Positions 37,401 to 48,842 of a DNA stretch of 64,000 nucleotides are shown in pieces (position 1 is the first letter of the stretch; each line of letters starts with the position of its first letter). The notes beneath the pieces are model-generated. The model made no database searches and had not been told where the DNA came from. It saw nothing but the letters and a program-made list of their open reading frames with translations. The position numbers were made by a program, and so were the translations under genes. The DNA is from Haliotis cracherodii. Its lineage: Eukaryota. The stretch is taken from the NCBI RefSeq assembly GCF_022045235.1, contig NW_027266267.1, positions 32,860,001 to 32,924,000 on the forward strand, in the 5' to 3' direction.

Positions 37401-39800
37401 ACTGGTAATCTCTGTGTAGGGAACCTCCGTTGTTCAAGACAATAGACACTGGTAATCTCTGTGTAGGGAACCTCCGTTGTTCAAGACAATAGACACTGGT
37501 AATCTCTGTGTAGGGAACCTCCGTTGTTCAAGACAATAGACACTGGTAATCTCTGTGTAGGGAACCTCCGTTGTTCAAGACAATAGACACTGGTAATCTC
37601 TGTGTAGGGAACCTCCGTTGTTCAAGACAATAGACATTGGTAATCTCTGTGTAGGGAACGTCCGTTGTTCAAGACAATAGACACTGGTAATCTCTGCGTA
37701 GGGAACCTCCGTTGTTCAAGACAATAGACACTTGTAATCTCTGTGTAGGGAACCTCCGTTGTTCAAGACAATAGACACTGGTAATCTCTGCGTAGGGAAC
37801 CTCCGTTGTTCAAGACAATAGACACTTGTAATCTCTGTGTAGGGAACCTCCGTTGTTCAAGACAATAGACACTGGTAATCTCTGTGTAGGGAACCTCCGT
37901 TGTTCAAGACAATAGACATTGGTAATCTCTGTGAAGGGAACCTCCGTTGTTCAAGACAATAGACACTGGTAATCTCTGTGTAGGAAACCTCCGTTGTTCA
38001 AGACAATAGACACTGGTAATCTCTGTGTAGGGAACCTCCGTTGTTCAAGACAATAGACACTGGTAATCTCTGTGTAGGGAACCTCCGTTGTTCAAGACAA
38101 TAGACACTGGTAATCTCTGTGTAGGGAACGTCCGTTGTTCCAGACAATAGACACTGGTAATCTCTGTGTAGGGAACCTCCGTTGTTCAAGACAATAGACA
38201 CTGGTAATTTCTGTGTAGGGAACCTCCGTTGTTCAAGACAATAGACACTGGTAATCTCTGTGTAGCGAACGTCCGTTGTTCAAGACAATAGACACTGGTA
38301 ATCTCTGTGTAGGGAACCTCCGTTGTTCAAGACAATAGACACTGGTAATCTCTGTGTAGGGAACCTCCGTTGTTCAAGACAATAGACACTGGTAATCTCT
38401 GTGTAGGGAACCTCCGTTGTTCAAGACAATAGACATTGGTAATCTCTGTGTAGGGAACCTCCGTTGTTCAAGACAATAGACACTGGTAATCTCTGTGTAG
38501 GGAACCTCCGTTGTTCAAGACAATAGACACTGCTAATCTCTGTGTAGGGAACCTCCGTTGTTCAAGACAATAGACACTGGTAATCTCTGTGTAGGGAACC
38601 TCCGTTGTTCAAGACAATAGACACTGGTAATCTCTGTGTAGGGAACCTCCGTTGTTCAAGACAATAGACACTGGTAATCTCTGTGTAGGGAACCTCCGTT
38701 GTTCAAGACAATAGACACTGGTAATCTCTGTGTAGGGAACCTCCGTTGTTCAAGACAATAGACACTGGTAATCTCTGTGTAGGGAACCTCCGTTGTTCAA
38801 GACAATAGACATTGGTAATCTCTGTGTAGGGAACCTCCGTTGTTCAAGACAATAGACACTGGTAATCTCTGTGTAGGGAACCTCCGTTGTTCAAGACAAT
38901 AGACACTGGTAATCTCTGCGTAGGGAACCTCCGTTGTTCAAGACAATAGACACTGGTAATCTCTGTGTAGGGAACCTCCGTTGTTCAAGACAATAGACAT
39001 TGGTAATCTCTGTGTAGGGAACCTCCGTTGTTCAAGACAATAGACACTGGTAATCTCTGTGTAGGGAACCTCCGTTGTTCAAGACAATAGACACTGGTAA
39101 TCTCTGTGTAGGGAACCTCCGTTGTTCAAGACAATAGACACTGGTAATCTCTGTGTAGGGAATGTCCGTGGCGACTTGTGACTGGTGGCGATGTAGATGA
39201 TGTCATGTGGACGTCCATCAACAACGGGAATGTGTCAACAAAAATCAGGAACATGTTTTCAGGAATGGTCCCGGAGGGTCTTTATGTATGTGCTTCCAGG
39301 GACCCCTTGGGTATTCAAATGGATGCATCGGCACAGCTGGTGTTGCTTAGGCATTGTAAATTACATGTTACACTGTTGAACTGACACTTCAACAACTTCC
39401 GCCGAGCATCTTCAGTTTGATCATGCCTGGCTGTATGACATGAAGTATTTCAAGTTCACAAGATCCTCCCTTCGGGGGAATCATTGGTCAGGATCCCAAC
39501 AGTACGATGCCTACATGAGTGATCAGCTCATCAGCTCTTTCTGATGAATGGCTGTAATGCTGGCTCAGTTGACGTTGTCCGAACATTTATGAATAAATTT
39601 ATTTTTGAAGTTCAATGGATTTCCAATGATTTGCTTGGTTTATTTACTGATCAGATGACCCGTTCATTTTTCAACCAACTTCAAAAAGTGACGTTTATAA
39701 AGTGCTACTTTTCATGGGGAATCTCCGAATGGAACCATTCTCTATTCCCTGCAATGCTTACCATGGTCGTGAGGATCGGCAATGTCGGACAATAAATTAA
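34420..39800 (-). mobile_element. Degenerate Gypsy/Ty3 pol (integrase) relic split by the 47-bp array
   Basis: DELITHVGIVLLG, LHVIQPGMIKLKML, PMHPFEYPRGPWKHIH.D..GPF and FLIFVD upstream of the array. FTSQERKHF and SNRLAERSVQTYK downstream. Confidence 0.8.
34555..39162. repeat. 47-bp minisatellite, about 98 copies, highly homogeneous
   Basis: Unit gaacctccgttgttcaagacaatagacactggtaatctctgtgtagg. Confidence 0.98.
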
Positions 39801-40255
39801 CATTTCTTTTTCACTCAAGATTTAATTAAACACTTGTTTGCATATTCACGTTACCCTCTCGATGCCAATACATACATCCCTGAATTTCTCATACATTATA
39901 GAATCAAATGATAAATGGTCTTTGTCACAAATACAAACTTGTCTAGATGAACTCAAGCAACTATATTAGATGTGAAAACTGAACTTGCACTTGTTTGAAA
40001 TGTAAACAAAGCAGAATTCAAATATTTCACTGTGTATCATTTTCTCCTATTTTGAGAGATACAGTGGCTCTATACTTTTAGAATATGCCTGGGAAGAATA
40101 TTGTACGCAAGAATTAGAAAATGGATACATTACAAAGATTTGGTACATTCAACAGTTTCCGTCCTGTGCGACAGCATGGCTGGCGCAAAATCTCACACAA
40201 CGTTTTTTTATCGGCATTTTGTACTATTTCTCTTGGTTACAATGGTTTTGTGTAC

Positions 40256-40300
40256 CTGACTTGTTGGGTGTGAATGTTCCAGATCCCCCCATTTCCTCTA
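40256..40300 (-). CDS. Copy A cytoplasmic exon (VEEMGGSGTFTPNKS)
   Basis: 45 nt, tctctttcag| and |gtacac. Symmetric phase 1-1 and open, so it could be skipped without a frameshift. Confidence 0.55.
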
Positions 40301-41486
40301 CTGAAAGAGACTGGTGTCACGGTCCTGTTTCTTTATAATAATTGAGTGCTTTCCTGACTGTTATAATTTTGGCAGTGCTCAGTTCTATGCCTTGTGCAGT
40401 GTCAAGAGCTTTCTTATAATTCAGTCAACAGTCAACAGTCAACATTGAATGTGTTCGTCCACTCCTCCACAAACGAGCCTATATCTCAATCTTCCAAACT
40501 ACGGCCATATCTGGCCATGTAAGCAACACATTCAGATACTCGCCGACCTGACTGGCGGAAGCACGCGTAACATTTGAAACGCTTTATTATGAATGATGTC
40601 TTTCGATTGTGGTGAGTTTTCTTTAGGTACACTAGTTCAATGAATGACTTGGTTGGGAGTAGGAGAAATGAGATTACGAAGTCCGTAAGCCTGGGTTCAA
40701 CGACTATAAGCAGACAATCGCTCCGCATATGCAGTCCAAGATTGAAGGTTTCGGGTCAAACTTGCTTACGTTTCCAAATATCACCATATTCCTGCTCTGA
40801 AGTTATTATCTTCGTCGCCAATTGGTGCTTTTAAACTGAAATACTTGACTTATAATAGTCATTGCATCAACCTGTGGGCATCATGCTTCAGTTTCATTTC
40901 CTGCCGCCAAGTGACCATCCTTAGTCTCCATGCATACTAAACTCATAGCATGCATACTAAACCCATAGCATATTCTTGTGGCTTTGCAATTTTGTCCACT
41001 ATCCTAAGATGGGGCAGTGTAGTTTATTGTTACTTTGGTGTGCTCCAGTTACTACGTTTCTTTTTTAATCCCAATCCGCCAAAAAAGAAGACTTCACTCT
41101 CAGCTCTTTGTATCTTTGGGACCTACATCCCTACTTAGGCACTATTCGCCTCTCATTTGTTGGTCTATTTTCCCACTTGGATTTCCTGGAGTTATGTCCC
41201 TTTAGTCTCTACCAGTCGCAAGGGACACTTTAAATTGGAGGTAAACAAACTGCCATGCCATACAGATACCAACATGCTTTGGTCAGGAAGCGGTCGTTGA
41301 CTTCCCGAAAGCGACCATTCATGTTCTGTGTGATCCTCGATAGCTATAGCTCTAGACATGCAAGATGGTACATCATTCTTCACATAAGCAGATTAAATCA
41401 AGGGTCCTGGGCATGTCAGTGAACATGTCCACCGTTAGACAAACTCATTGCCCTAGTCTTTCAGGAACTAGTTACAGAAGCTCTAC

Positions 41487-41554
41487 CTTCGGTTTGGTTG
41501 TTGGCGGAACTGGTCCTTTCTTGTGATGTCTGGGAGATCTGTGGATTGCTTTTT
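41487..41554 (-). CDS. Copy A cytoplasmic exon (KSNPQISQTSQERTSSANNQTE)
   Basis: 68 nt, tcttttttcag| and |gtagag. Phase 2 to 1, open frame. Confidence 0.65.
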
Positions 41555-41872
41555 CTGAAAAAAGACGTGATGTGTAATGCAACTAGTTTCTATAACACTC
41601 AACATTTGATATGGATAACCAGATGTTTCACTGCAATTCCATATAAATTACTATATTCACATGAATTAAGATTTTAAGAATGAGAAGAAATCAACTCATT
41701 TTGTTTGAGGATGGTACACAGTAAAATGGGGTGGAATATTAGCAACGCTCGATGACATGCTATCAACAAAGTCATATATAGCCTGTCCACTCAATCCTCA
41801 TAAGTCAGTTCCTTTAACAAGTATGAGATGACCTATTAGTCCCCTAAATCCCTGTTGGGCGCATCAACACAC

Positions 41873-41897
41873 CTATCTTTTTCAGCACTGTCTGTTC
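41873..41897 (-). CDS. Copy A cytoplasmic micro-exon (GTDSAEKDR)
   Basis: 25 nt, ttttctgtttcag| and |gtgtgt. Phase 1 to 2, which matches the phase of the next exon. Confidence 0.65.
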
Positions 41898-41970
41898 CTG
41901 AAACAGAAAATTTAAAAAAGTCAAACTGCATGTCTTTTAATTTTGACATAAAAAAACATATTTTAAAATA

Positions 41971-42030
41971 CATTAGCCTGATGAAGGAGTAAGCATATAC
42001 TCTGAAACGTTGTGTTCCTCATAATAAAGA
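41971..42030 (+). ncRNA. Degenerate type I hammerhead ribozyme motif (Penelope-like element end)
   Basis: CTGATGA, stem II ggagta/tactct, GAAAC..GTT, then AATAAA. Stem I is only partly paired. Confidence 0.45.
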
Positions 42031-42200
42031 AGTAGATATCCATATATTCTCTTCCTTAAGAAATTAAAAGTCGTGCAATTTATGCGATGTGAAAGAAAAT
42101 GTATGTGTGTTGGTCTAATCAATCAATTTTTGAAGTCTTAAATCTTTCTCAATTACGAACTTTGGTGATAATCTTTTTCTAACACATATTAACATCTCAC

Positions 42201-42329
42201 CGGAATAAATAGCTGTTAATTTCCTTCTGAAGACGAACGCAACACCCAGACACAGAGCCAGAGCAATAAGCGTGACTCCAATCCCTATGACAACGCCAAC
42301 ACCCATTGAAGACTCTGAAGATTCTGATC
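42201..42329 (-). CDS. Copy A transmembrane exon (GSESSESSMGVGVVIGIGVTLIALALCLGVAFVFRRKLTAIYS)
   Basis: 129 nt, phase 1-1, ttccag| and |gtgaga. About 25 hydrophobic residues followed by an RRK stop-transfer signal. Confidence 0.88.
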
Positions 42330-42692
42330 CTGGAACGACAGTACCACATTCATTATGCTGGTCCTAGCTTGAGATATAAAAATGAATGTAACTTCACTCA
42401 TTACCCATAACAAGTTACAATTTTAACAGTTCACCCCTATACTGCACCAGAGTATCAATACAGTCAATGGCCATTGCTGTAGGTTGACATTGCCCGGCAA
42501 TTTGAGCCTGACAACTCCATCATGTTAGTTTGTTCTTTTTGCCAGCAATTGAGTGTTGGTGACCAATTTTAAATGGGATCACCACAGGATCAAGAAAAGA
42601 TATTTACACTATCATTATAATATTGCAATAGAAATACACTACTATTCTACAATTACATAAATGGACATCCATTGTACAAGTTTATTATCTAC

Positions 42693-42998
42693 CTTCTGAA
42701 CGTCTCGTGAAGCACGTGGTATTGACAGCCTCGCTTTGGCCTAAATACCCGCCATCAACAACCAGCCGGAAGTGGTATAGGTTGTCTTCCTGAAGCTCTG
42801 TTAATGTAGTGGTGTATATTGTTTCATACTTCTCAGTTGGTATCGTGATGTTTCTGTCATCTTTGTCAGCCTTGTCATTGAGGCGATAGTTGAGAACAAA
42901 CGCGAGATTGTAAAGATCATTTCGTGGGTATACCCACTGTATGTCGAGACTTGATTGTGTGTGTCTTGTGCAGTAGAACTCAGTAGGACCCACAAGGT
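42693..42998 (-). CDS. Copy A fibronectin type III exon
   Basis: 306 nt, phase 1-1, tacag| and |gtagat. FN3 signature: P..., SLDIQW, FVLNY, LTELQEDNLYHFRL. Confidence 0.85.
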
Positions 42999-43299
42999 CT
43001 GTAACAGAAACTCTTTAATGTGTACCTGTATTGTATAGCACAAATACATGCAGCAAAGATGTGCAGATTAATTACCAAATTCCTATACTTGGATTGAAAG
43101 ATCCCAGCAATGATGCGTTTTCAGTGAATTTCCAAGTATCTTTCTGATATTTCGAATGCTCCCGAAAACTTTCTAGCTTCAAATCATCTTCGAGTATCCT
43201 GTGTATTAATATATCCACTAAATATCTATGTAATAAATACCATGAACCATTCGCTACAATGGCTTCGTTGCGAACCCATAGAATGGTACGACGCACAAA

Positions 43300-43990
43300 A
43301 TAGACGTCCTAATGTATATGAGGAAGGGGAAGGGGGCTAAAACTCCATTGAAGGAATTGGTTGTTAATTATTACAATGCTGGAGTGCCTGGAGAGAGACT
43401 TGTACAAAGGCGCATTGTCCCGGTGTCACCTTTAGGTAGTTTTCCACGACGAATGGCCTTCATAGTCTCATTCCTTTGTGGTTAATGGTCTGGGCTTTCG
43501 CTAAGCAGTCCACCAGCTGGATCCCAGAAAACCTTAACCATCACACAGTCAGCTGATGGAACCTACTTTATGCCTTTTTTGGAGAATGCTACGTTGCATG
43601 TTTCCTCTTGTTATGAGTGTTCTTTAATCTCTGGCTGATAGTGGTGAATCCAAGAGTCGTCCATAGTTACAATTCGCTCAACAAACTGAGCTGGGTGTGC
43701 TTGAAAGACATAAATTATTATGAACCTGGAGTGTTCTTTATCAGGAGTCTTAACCCCGAGCTTGCCACGTTCATTCGTCAGAATGTTCTCAACTCTCTCA
43801 TGAGGGATGCCTATTCTCTTCTCAATGTGGTGTGTGGTGAGTTGTTGATTATACATAATTATATTTTGTATTTTATCCTATTTTTCCTCAGTGGTGGCAG
43901 TTGAAGGTCTTCCTGATCTCAGGTAATCATCGATGCTTTCTCTTCCTCTCTTTGACTCCGCTGCCCACCAGAGTAGTAATGGCAGGAACA
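43300..43990 (-). mobile_element. Mariner transposase relic
   Basis: KRGRESIDD..RSGRPST, FVERIVTMDDSWIHHYQPE and VMVKVFWD motifs. Confidence 0.8.
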
Positions 43991-44498
43991 TTATGCCCCG
44001 CAGTTGAAGCGATGTCAATGGTTGGGGGTACTTGATGGCATCGCCGTTGTCAATTTTGTACATTTTCAACAACAGAGAATACCTAGTCACTTTTATGCCT
44101 GCAGAATTATGCTGTCTGGTTGTGTACTTAGTGCAAATACGTGGAAACCCTTGTACTGCACCCCTTCATACTTAGGCTTAGAGTTTTTCGACGTGTGTGC
44201 ATGCGTGCGGGTGTGTGGCAGCCTGTACTTGTCCATGTAGATTCGGTTTTAAAGTGATAGTAGTTTAACATTGATACCTCACCCAGATACCCTGACCACG
44301 AAACGACCAGTCCTTGTTTCATCCAATCAATACAGAGCGTGGGGCAGGTGTGTTTGTTTGTTGTAACGCTGAAAGGCAGTTATCGACACATAACAAATGA
44401 AGCTATAATACACTCGATAACCGAGAATGGTTCATAAAAAGAGGTCTTCAAGCACTGAATATTGTGTCAATACCACGACACATACCTTCCAAACTCAC

Positions 44499-44798
44499 CC
44501 ATTACTAGGCTCCTCACGCCATCACAGTTCAGAACCCATCTGTTGACGTCACACGTATAACTGACTGTGACGTCACCGAGTCGGGCTGGTGTCACACTGA
44601 AGGTGCTGGAAGTGATAACATCGCTGACGTCAGTGACGTTGTTCTTCATCAACATCTCCGTGACGTTGCCAGTAGTAAGATAAAAGCCAGCTTCCTGTGA
44701 ACAGTAGTACTCTCTGATGTCTACTGTCAGTGTCAGGTTTGTATTTGGTTGGAGGGCTGTTGGGTCTGCATCACTGCTGACGTTGCACTGGGGGAGTT
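44499..44798 (-). CDS. Copy A Ig-like domain 2 exon (KLPQCNVSS...YYCS...YTCD...NCDG)
   Basis: 300 nt, phase 1-1, cacag| and |gtgagt. Beta-strand pattern with 4 Cys and several N-glycosylation sequons, conserved in B and D. Confidence 0.8.
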
Positions 44799-45474
44799 CT
44801 GTGAATACAACATGAGATAACTGCTGATGTAGACTGATGTAGAATGTAGGAAAATAGTTATTCACTTGTTCGGGTATGGGCAAGAGCCCAGATTTAACCC
44901 TGTGTTTAAACTCATAGCAAGTGGACCTGTAATGAGAAACCAGTGAAGTGACATCAAAATCATAGTGTTCAATGTATAATGTGTTTACATTATGATAAAT
45001 GATTCAGATGTCAGGTAGTGCCATAGTGACCAATTCGTGAAAACTTCCCAACTATTTATCGTTAGAAATAATGTGACTATAACACAAACCCTCATCCAAT
45101 TCATCTCTCGAAGTGATGTGCAAACTGTATCTTGTACAGAGCCAAAACAATTTATGATTTCACATGGAAAAAATAACAACAAAGAATATTGTCTAAAGGA
45201 ATACCTTATGATAATAGTTGACGCGGCTCACGAGACGACTTGGCAACCCAAAAGCCTATCATCGTGGGTTCGAATGCAAGGTTCGCCCTAATTATATGTC
45301 TTGTTATGTGTGTATCATACCAGTGTTTGTGGGTTTCATTAAGTTCTACAGTGTAAGTGCTAAACGCCATGAAAGTAAATGTACAATTGCTGTTCAAAGC
45401 AGCGTCATACAAAGCTCACTCATTCACTCCGAACATGTGTCCGTTTTTTGTAAGCAAGGACCTGAACTACTCAC

Positions 45475-45509
45475 TCGCCACCGTCAGCTGACACACGTCG
45501 ACAGGGATG
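45475..45509 (-). pseudogene. 3' stub of Ig1 exon (IPVDVCQLTVA|gtgag)
   Basis: Matches the 3' end of Ig1 and is joined directly to a copy of the pre-FN3 intron. Confidence 0.75.
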
Positions 45510-45809
45510 TGCTCTTTAATGTGCACCTGTATTGTATAGCACAAATACATGCAGCAAATTAAAGATGTGCAGATTAATTACCCAATTTCTTAACTTGGAT
45601 TAAAAGATCCCAGCAATGTTGCGTTTTCAGTGAATTTCCAAGTATCTTTCTGACATTTCGAATGCCCCCGAAAACTTTCTAGCTTCAAATCATCTTCGAG
45701 TATCCTGTGTATTACATCTCCACTAACTATCTGTGTAATAAATACCATGGAACCATTCGCTCCCATACCTTCGTTGTGAACCCATAGAATGGTACGACGC
45801 ACAAAATAG

Positions 45810-46460
45810 ACGCCCTAATTCATATGAGGAAGGGGAAGGGGGCTGACAACCTATGTTAGACTCCATTGAAGGAATTGGTTGTTAATTATACAATGCTGGA
45901 GTGTCTGGAGAGAAACTTGTACAAAGGTACATTGTCCCGGTGTCACCTTTAGGTAGTTTTCCATGACGAATGGCCTTCATAGACTCATTAGTTTGTGGTT
46001 AATGGTCTGGGCTTTCGCGGTCTGCTGATGGAACCTACTTTATGCCTTTTTTGGAGAATGCTACGTTGCATGTTTCCTCTTGTTATGAGTGTTCTTTAAT
46101 CTCTGGCTGATAGTGGTGAATCCAAGAGTCGTCCATAGTTACAATTCGCTCAACAAACTGAGCTGGGTGTGCTTGAAAGACATAAATTATGATGAACCTG
46201 GAGTGTTCTTTATCAGGAGTCTTAAGCCCCAGCATGCCACGTTCATTCGTCAGAATGTTCTCAACTGTCTCATGAGAGATGCCTACTCTTTTCTCAATGT
46301 GGCGTGTGGTGAGTTGTGGTCATACATACTTATATTATGTATTTTATCGACATTTTCCTTAGTGGTGGCAGTTGAAGGTCTTCCTGACCTTGGATAATCA
46401 TCGATGCTTTCTCTTCCTCTCTTTGACTCCGCTGCCCACCAGAGTAGTAATGGCAGGATC
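45810..46460 (-). mobile_element. Duplicate of the mariner relic (within segmental duplication)
   Basis: Near-identical to 43300-43990 with the same flanks. Confidence 0.8.
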
Positions 46461-46894
46461 ATCATGCCCCACAGTTGAAGCGATGTCAATGGTTGGGGGT
46501 ACTTGATGGCATCGCTGTAGTCAATTTTGTACATTTTCAACAACAGAGAATACCTAGTCACTTTAATGCCTACAGAATTATGCTGCCTGGTTGTGTATTT
46601 GGTTCAAATGCATGGAAACCACTGTACTGCAATCCATGCAAACTAATAACTGTACCCCCTTCATACTGACCACGAGACGACCAGTCCTTGTTTCATCCCC
46701 TTAATACAGAGCTCGAGGCAGGTTTGTTTGTTTGTTGTATGTCTGAAAGGTAGGTATCGACACATAACAAATGAAGCTATAATACACTCGATAACAGAGG
46801 ATGGTTCAAAACAAACAAAAAGGTCTTCAAGCACTGAATATTGTGTCATATGAGACGACACACACACACACACACACATACATTCAAAACTCAC

Positions 46895-46947
46895 CCATTA
46901 CTAGGCTCCTCACGCCATCACAGTTCAGATCCCATCTGTTGACGTCA
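46895..46947 (-). pseudogene. 3' stub of Ig2 exon (from internal duplication in copy A)
   Basis: Near-identical to 44499-44551 including the donor. The 5' part is deleted. Confidence 0.75.
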
Positions 46948-47421
46948 AACCAAAACCCCTAACTATTCATTGTTAGAAATAATGTGACTTTAACACAAAC
47001 CCTCATCCAATTCATCTCTCGCAGTGATGAGCAAACTATATCTGGTACAGAGCCAAAACAATTTATGATTTTACATGGAAAAAAATAACAACAATGAATA
47101 TTGTCTAAAGGAATACCTAATGATAATAGTTGACGCGGCTCACGAGACGACTTGGCAACCCAAAAGCCTATCATCGTGGGTTCGAATGCAAGGTTCGCCC
47201 TAATTATATGTCTAGTTATGTGTGTATCATACCAGTGTTTGTGGGTTTCATTAAGTTCTACAGTGTCAGTGCTAAACGCCATGAAAGTAAGTCCTCAAAT
47301 ACTGTTCAAAGCAGCGTCAAACAAAGCTCCCTCACTCACTTCGAACATGTGCTTGTCTGCTGCCAAGAACGACATTATTCCTCCGTCGTTTTTTTTGTCA
47401 GCAAGGACCTGAAATACTCAC

Positions 47422-47724
47422 TTGCCACCCTCAGCTGACACACGTCGACAGGGATGGTTCCGATTACATTTGCATCCACGATCTTCCATGTACCAGCATC
47501 CAGCATCCCCACACTGTGAATAGTGAGTGTAGAGTGTGTGTCGTTCACCGTTGCTCTGTATCCAGCCACAGGGCTACAACTGGGGATACATGTGACGACA
47601 TACCGGCCATCAGTGGGTCGTACCCATATAAAGCCAGTGTAGCTGCTTCTGTCCCCATGAATAGTGTATTCTGTACCGAGCGCCGCCACCCCTGCCACAC
47701 ACGGGGGATCTGCCGAATCAACAC
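47422..47724 (-). CDS. Copy A Ig domain 1 exon (SVDSADPPC...GFIW...STLTIHSV...DAGTW...VCQLRVA)
   Basis: 303 nt, phase 1-1, ttgcag| acceptor and |gtgagt donor. It has the Ig C-strand Trp, E-strand LTI and a D-x-G-x-aromatic motif. Confidence 0.85.
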
Positions 47725-47961
47725 CTGCAATGAGTGAAGTTTTATGCGCTACCAGCAATATTCCAACTTTATCACAAGCGGGTAACACAAGTAATTGACA
47801 TCACAAACTGTACATATGGTAAATCGAAACTGCATGACTGGCGAGCGCTTTAAACACAACGCCACTCTTCCCACACATTATGATACCGAAAATGGTGTTG
47901 TAAAAGTAAAACCAATGGATAACATATGAAGCTGATAACGCAAGAAGCAGTAAAACCTCAC

Positions 47962-48022
47962 TGTAGTGAATGCATGCTATCCAACCAAGGGTGATAGTAT
48001 ATAGTCGGCCAGGCTTCCACAT
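47962..48022 (-). CDS. Copy A signal-peptide exon (MWKPGRLYTITLGWIACIHY)
   Basis: ATG at 48022, 61 nt, donor A|gtgagg, acceptor ccag just upstream. The same 61-nt exon is in copies B, D and F. Confidence 0.85.
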
Positions 48023-48441
48023 GTTCAGGCAGAGAACTGGAACCAAGAATAATTACATTATTTTCTTAAAATTCAGCGATTAATCATGACCATTGGCTTC
48101 TTGATGACCGCCACCATCTTCACTGGCCATTTTTGTCGATGTTCCATAAATAAAATATCTACACCTTTATTATTGAATTTCATGACACTTTACTGAATGT
48201 CTGGACAATGAAATCCTATGACATTAACATCGCAGAGTCCTCTCACAACGGACAACATTACAAAGCCCAAATACAACCACAGTCCACTTACTACATTGAT
48301 TACTACGATTTCACTACATGTATACTCAATCCACTTGCTTGTACCTGGTCAGAGATAGTGCCTTGGATCTATGTTTATAAAATTATGAATGTTGGTTTAT
48401 ACATATGGACATTTAAGGTATTCTCACTGAAGATTCGATAT

Positions 48442-48650
48442 CAGTGTTCGAATTAAGCGCCTGTCCGTAGGTCCGTGGCAGGTAGATTTCGTGTCGGGCC
48501 CGTAGTTTCACGTTTGTATTTGTCCTTATTGCCTGCAGTAGATTTACGTGTCGATGTATTTGTTATAATCAGCTGCAGTTTTCTTAATGAGGGTGTGAAG
48601 AGTTTAGTCAGGGCCTGCAGCTCCTAAAGTCTGTGGGTCCTGATGGCAGC
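48442..48650. mobile_element. hAT-like MITE, right end deleted; same insertion site as 21308-21531
   Basis: Same left flank and body. Confidence 0.7.
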
Positions 48651-48842
48651 CTGGCATTTTGTTCTATTTATCATTGCACCCAATTTTCTCCTGTTATGCC
48701 TGACCGGGAATCCTGGATCATCAGCCAAAGTCGAGCACCAGGAATTGACTGTGCTTTGGCGACTCCCACTCATTGATTCCAAGAAGAACTAGGTACTTGC
48801 TCTTGCTCAAAAGTTGTTTCATCGGGGTAACAACATTGAAGG

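Noticed and set aside
34555-39162. CRISPR-like array or repetitive coding exon
   Set aside because: No spacers, and the 47-bp unit is not a multiple of 3 and hits a stop every third unit.
40430-41440. Possible very old LINE RT fragments on the minus strand
   Set aside because: Only faint motif resemblance, not supportable without a search.
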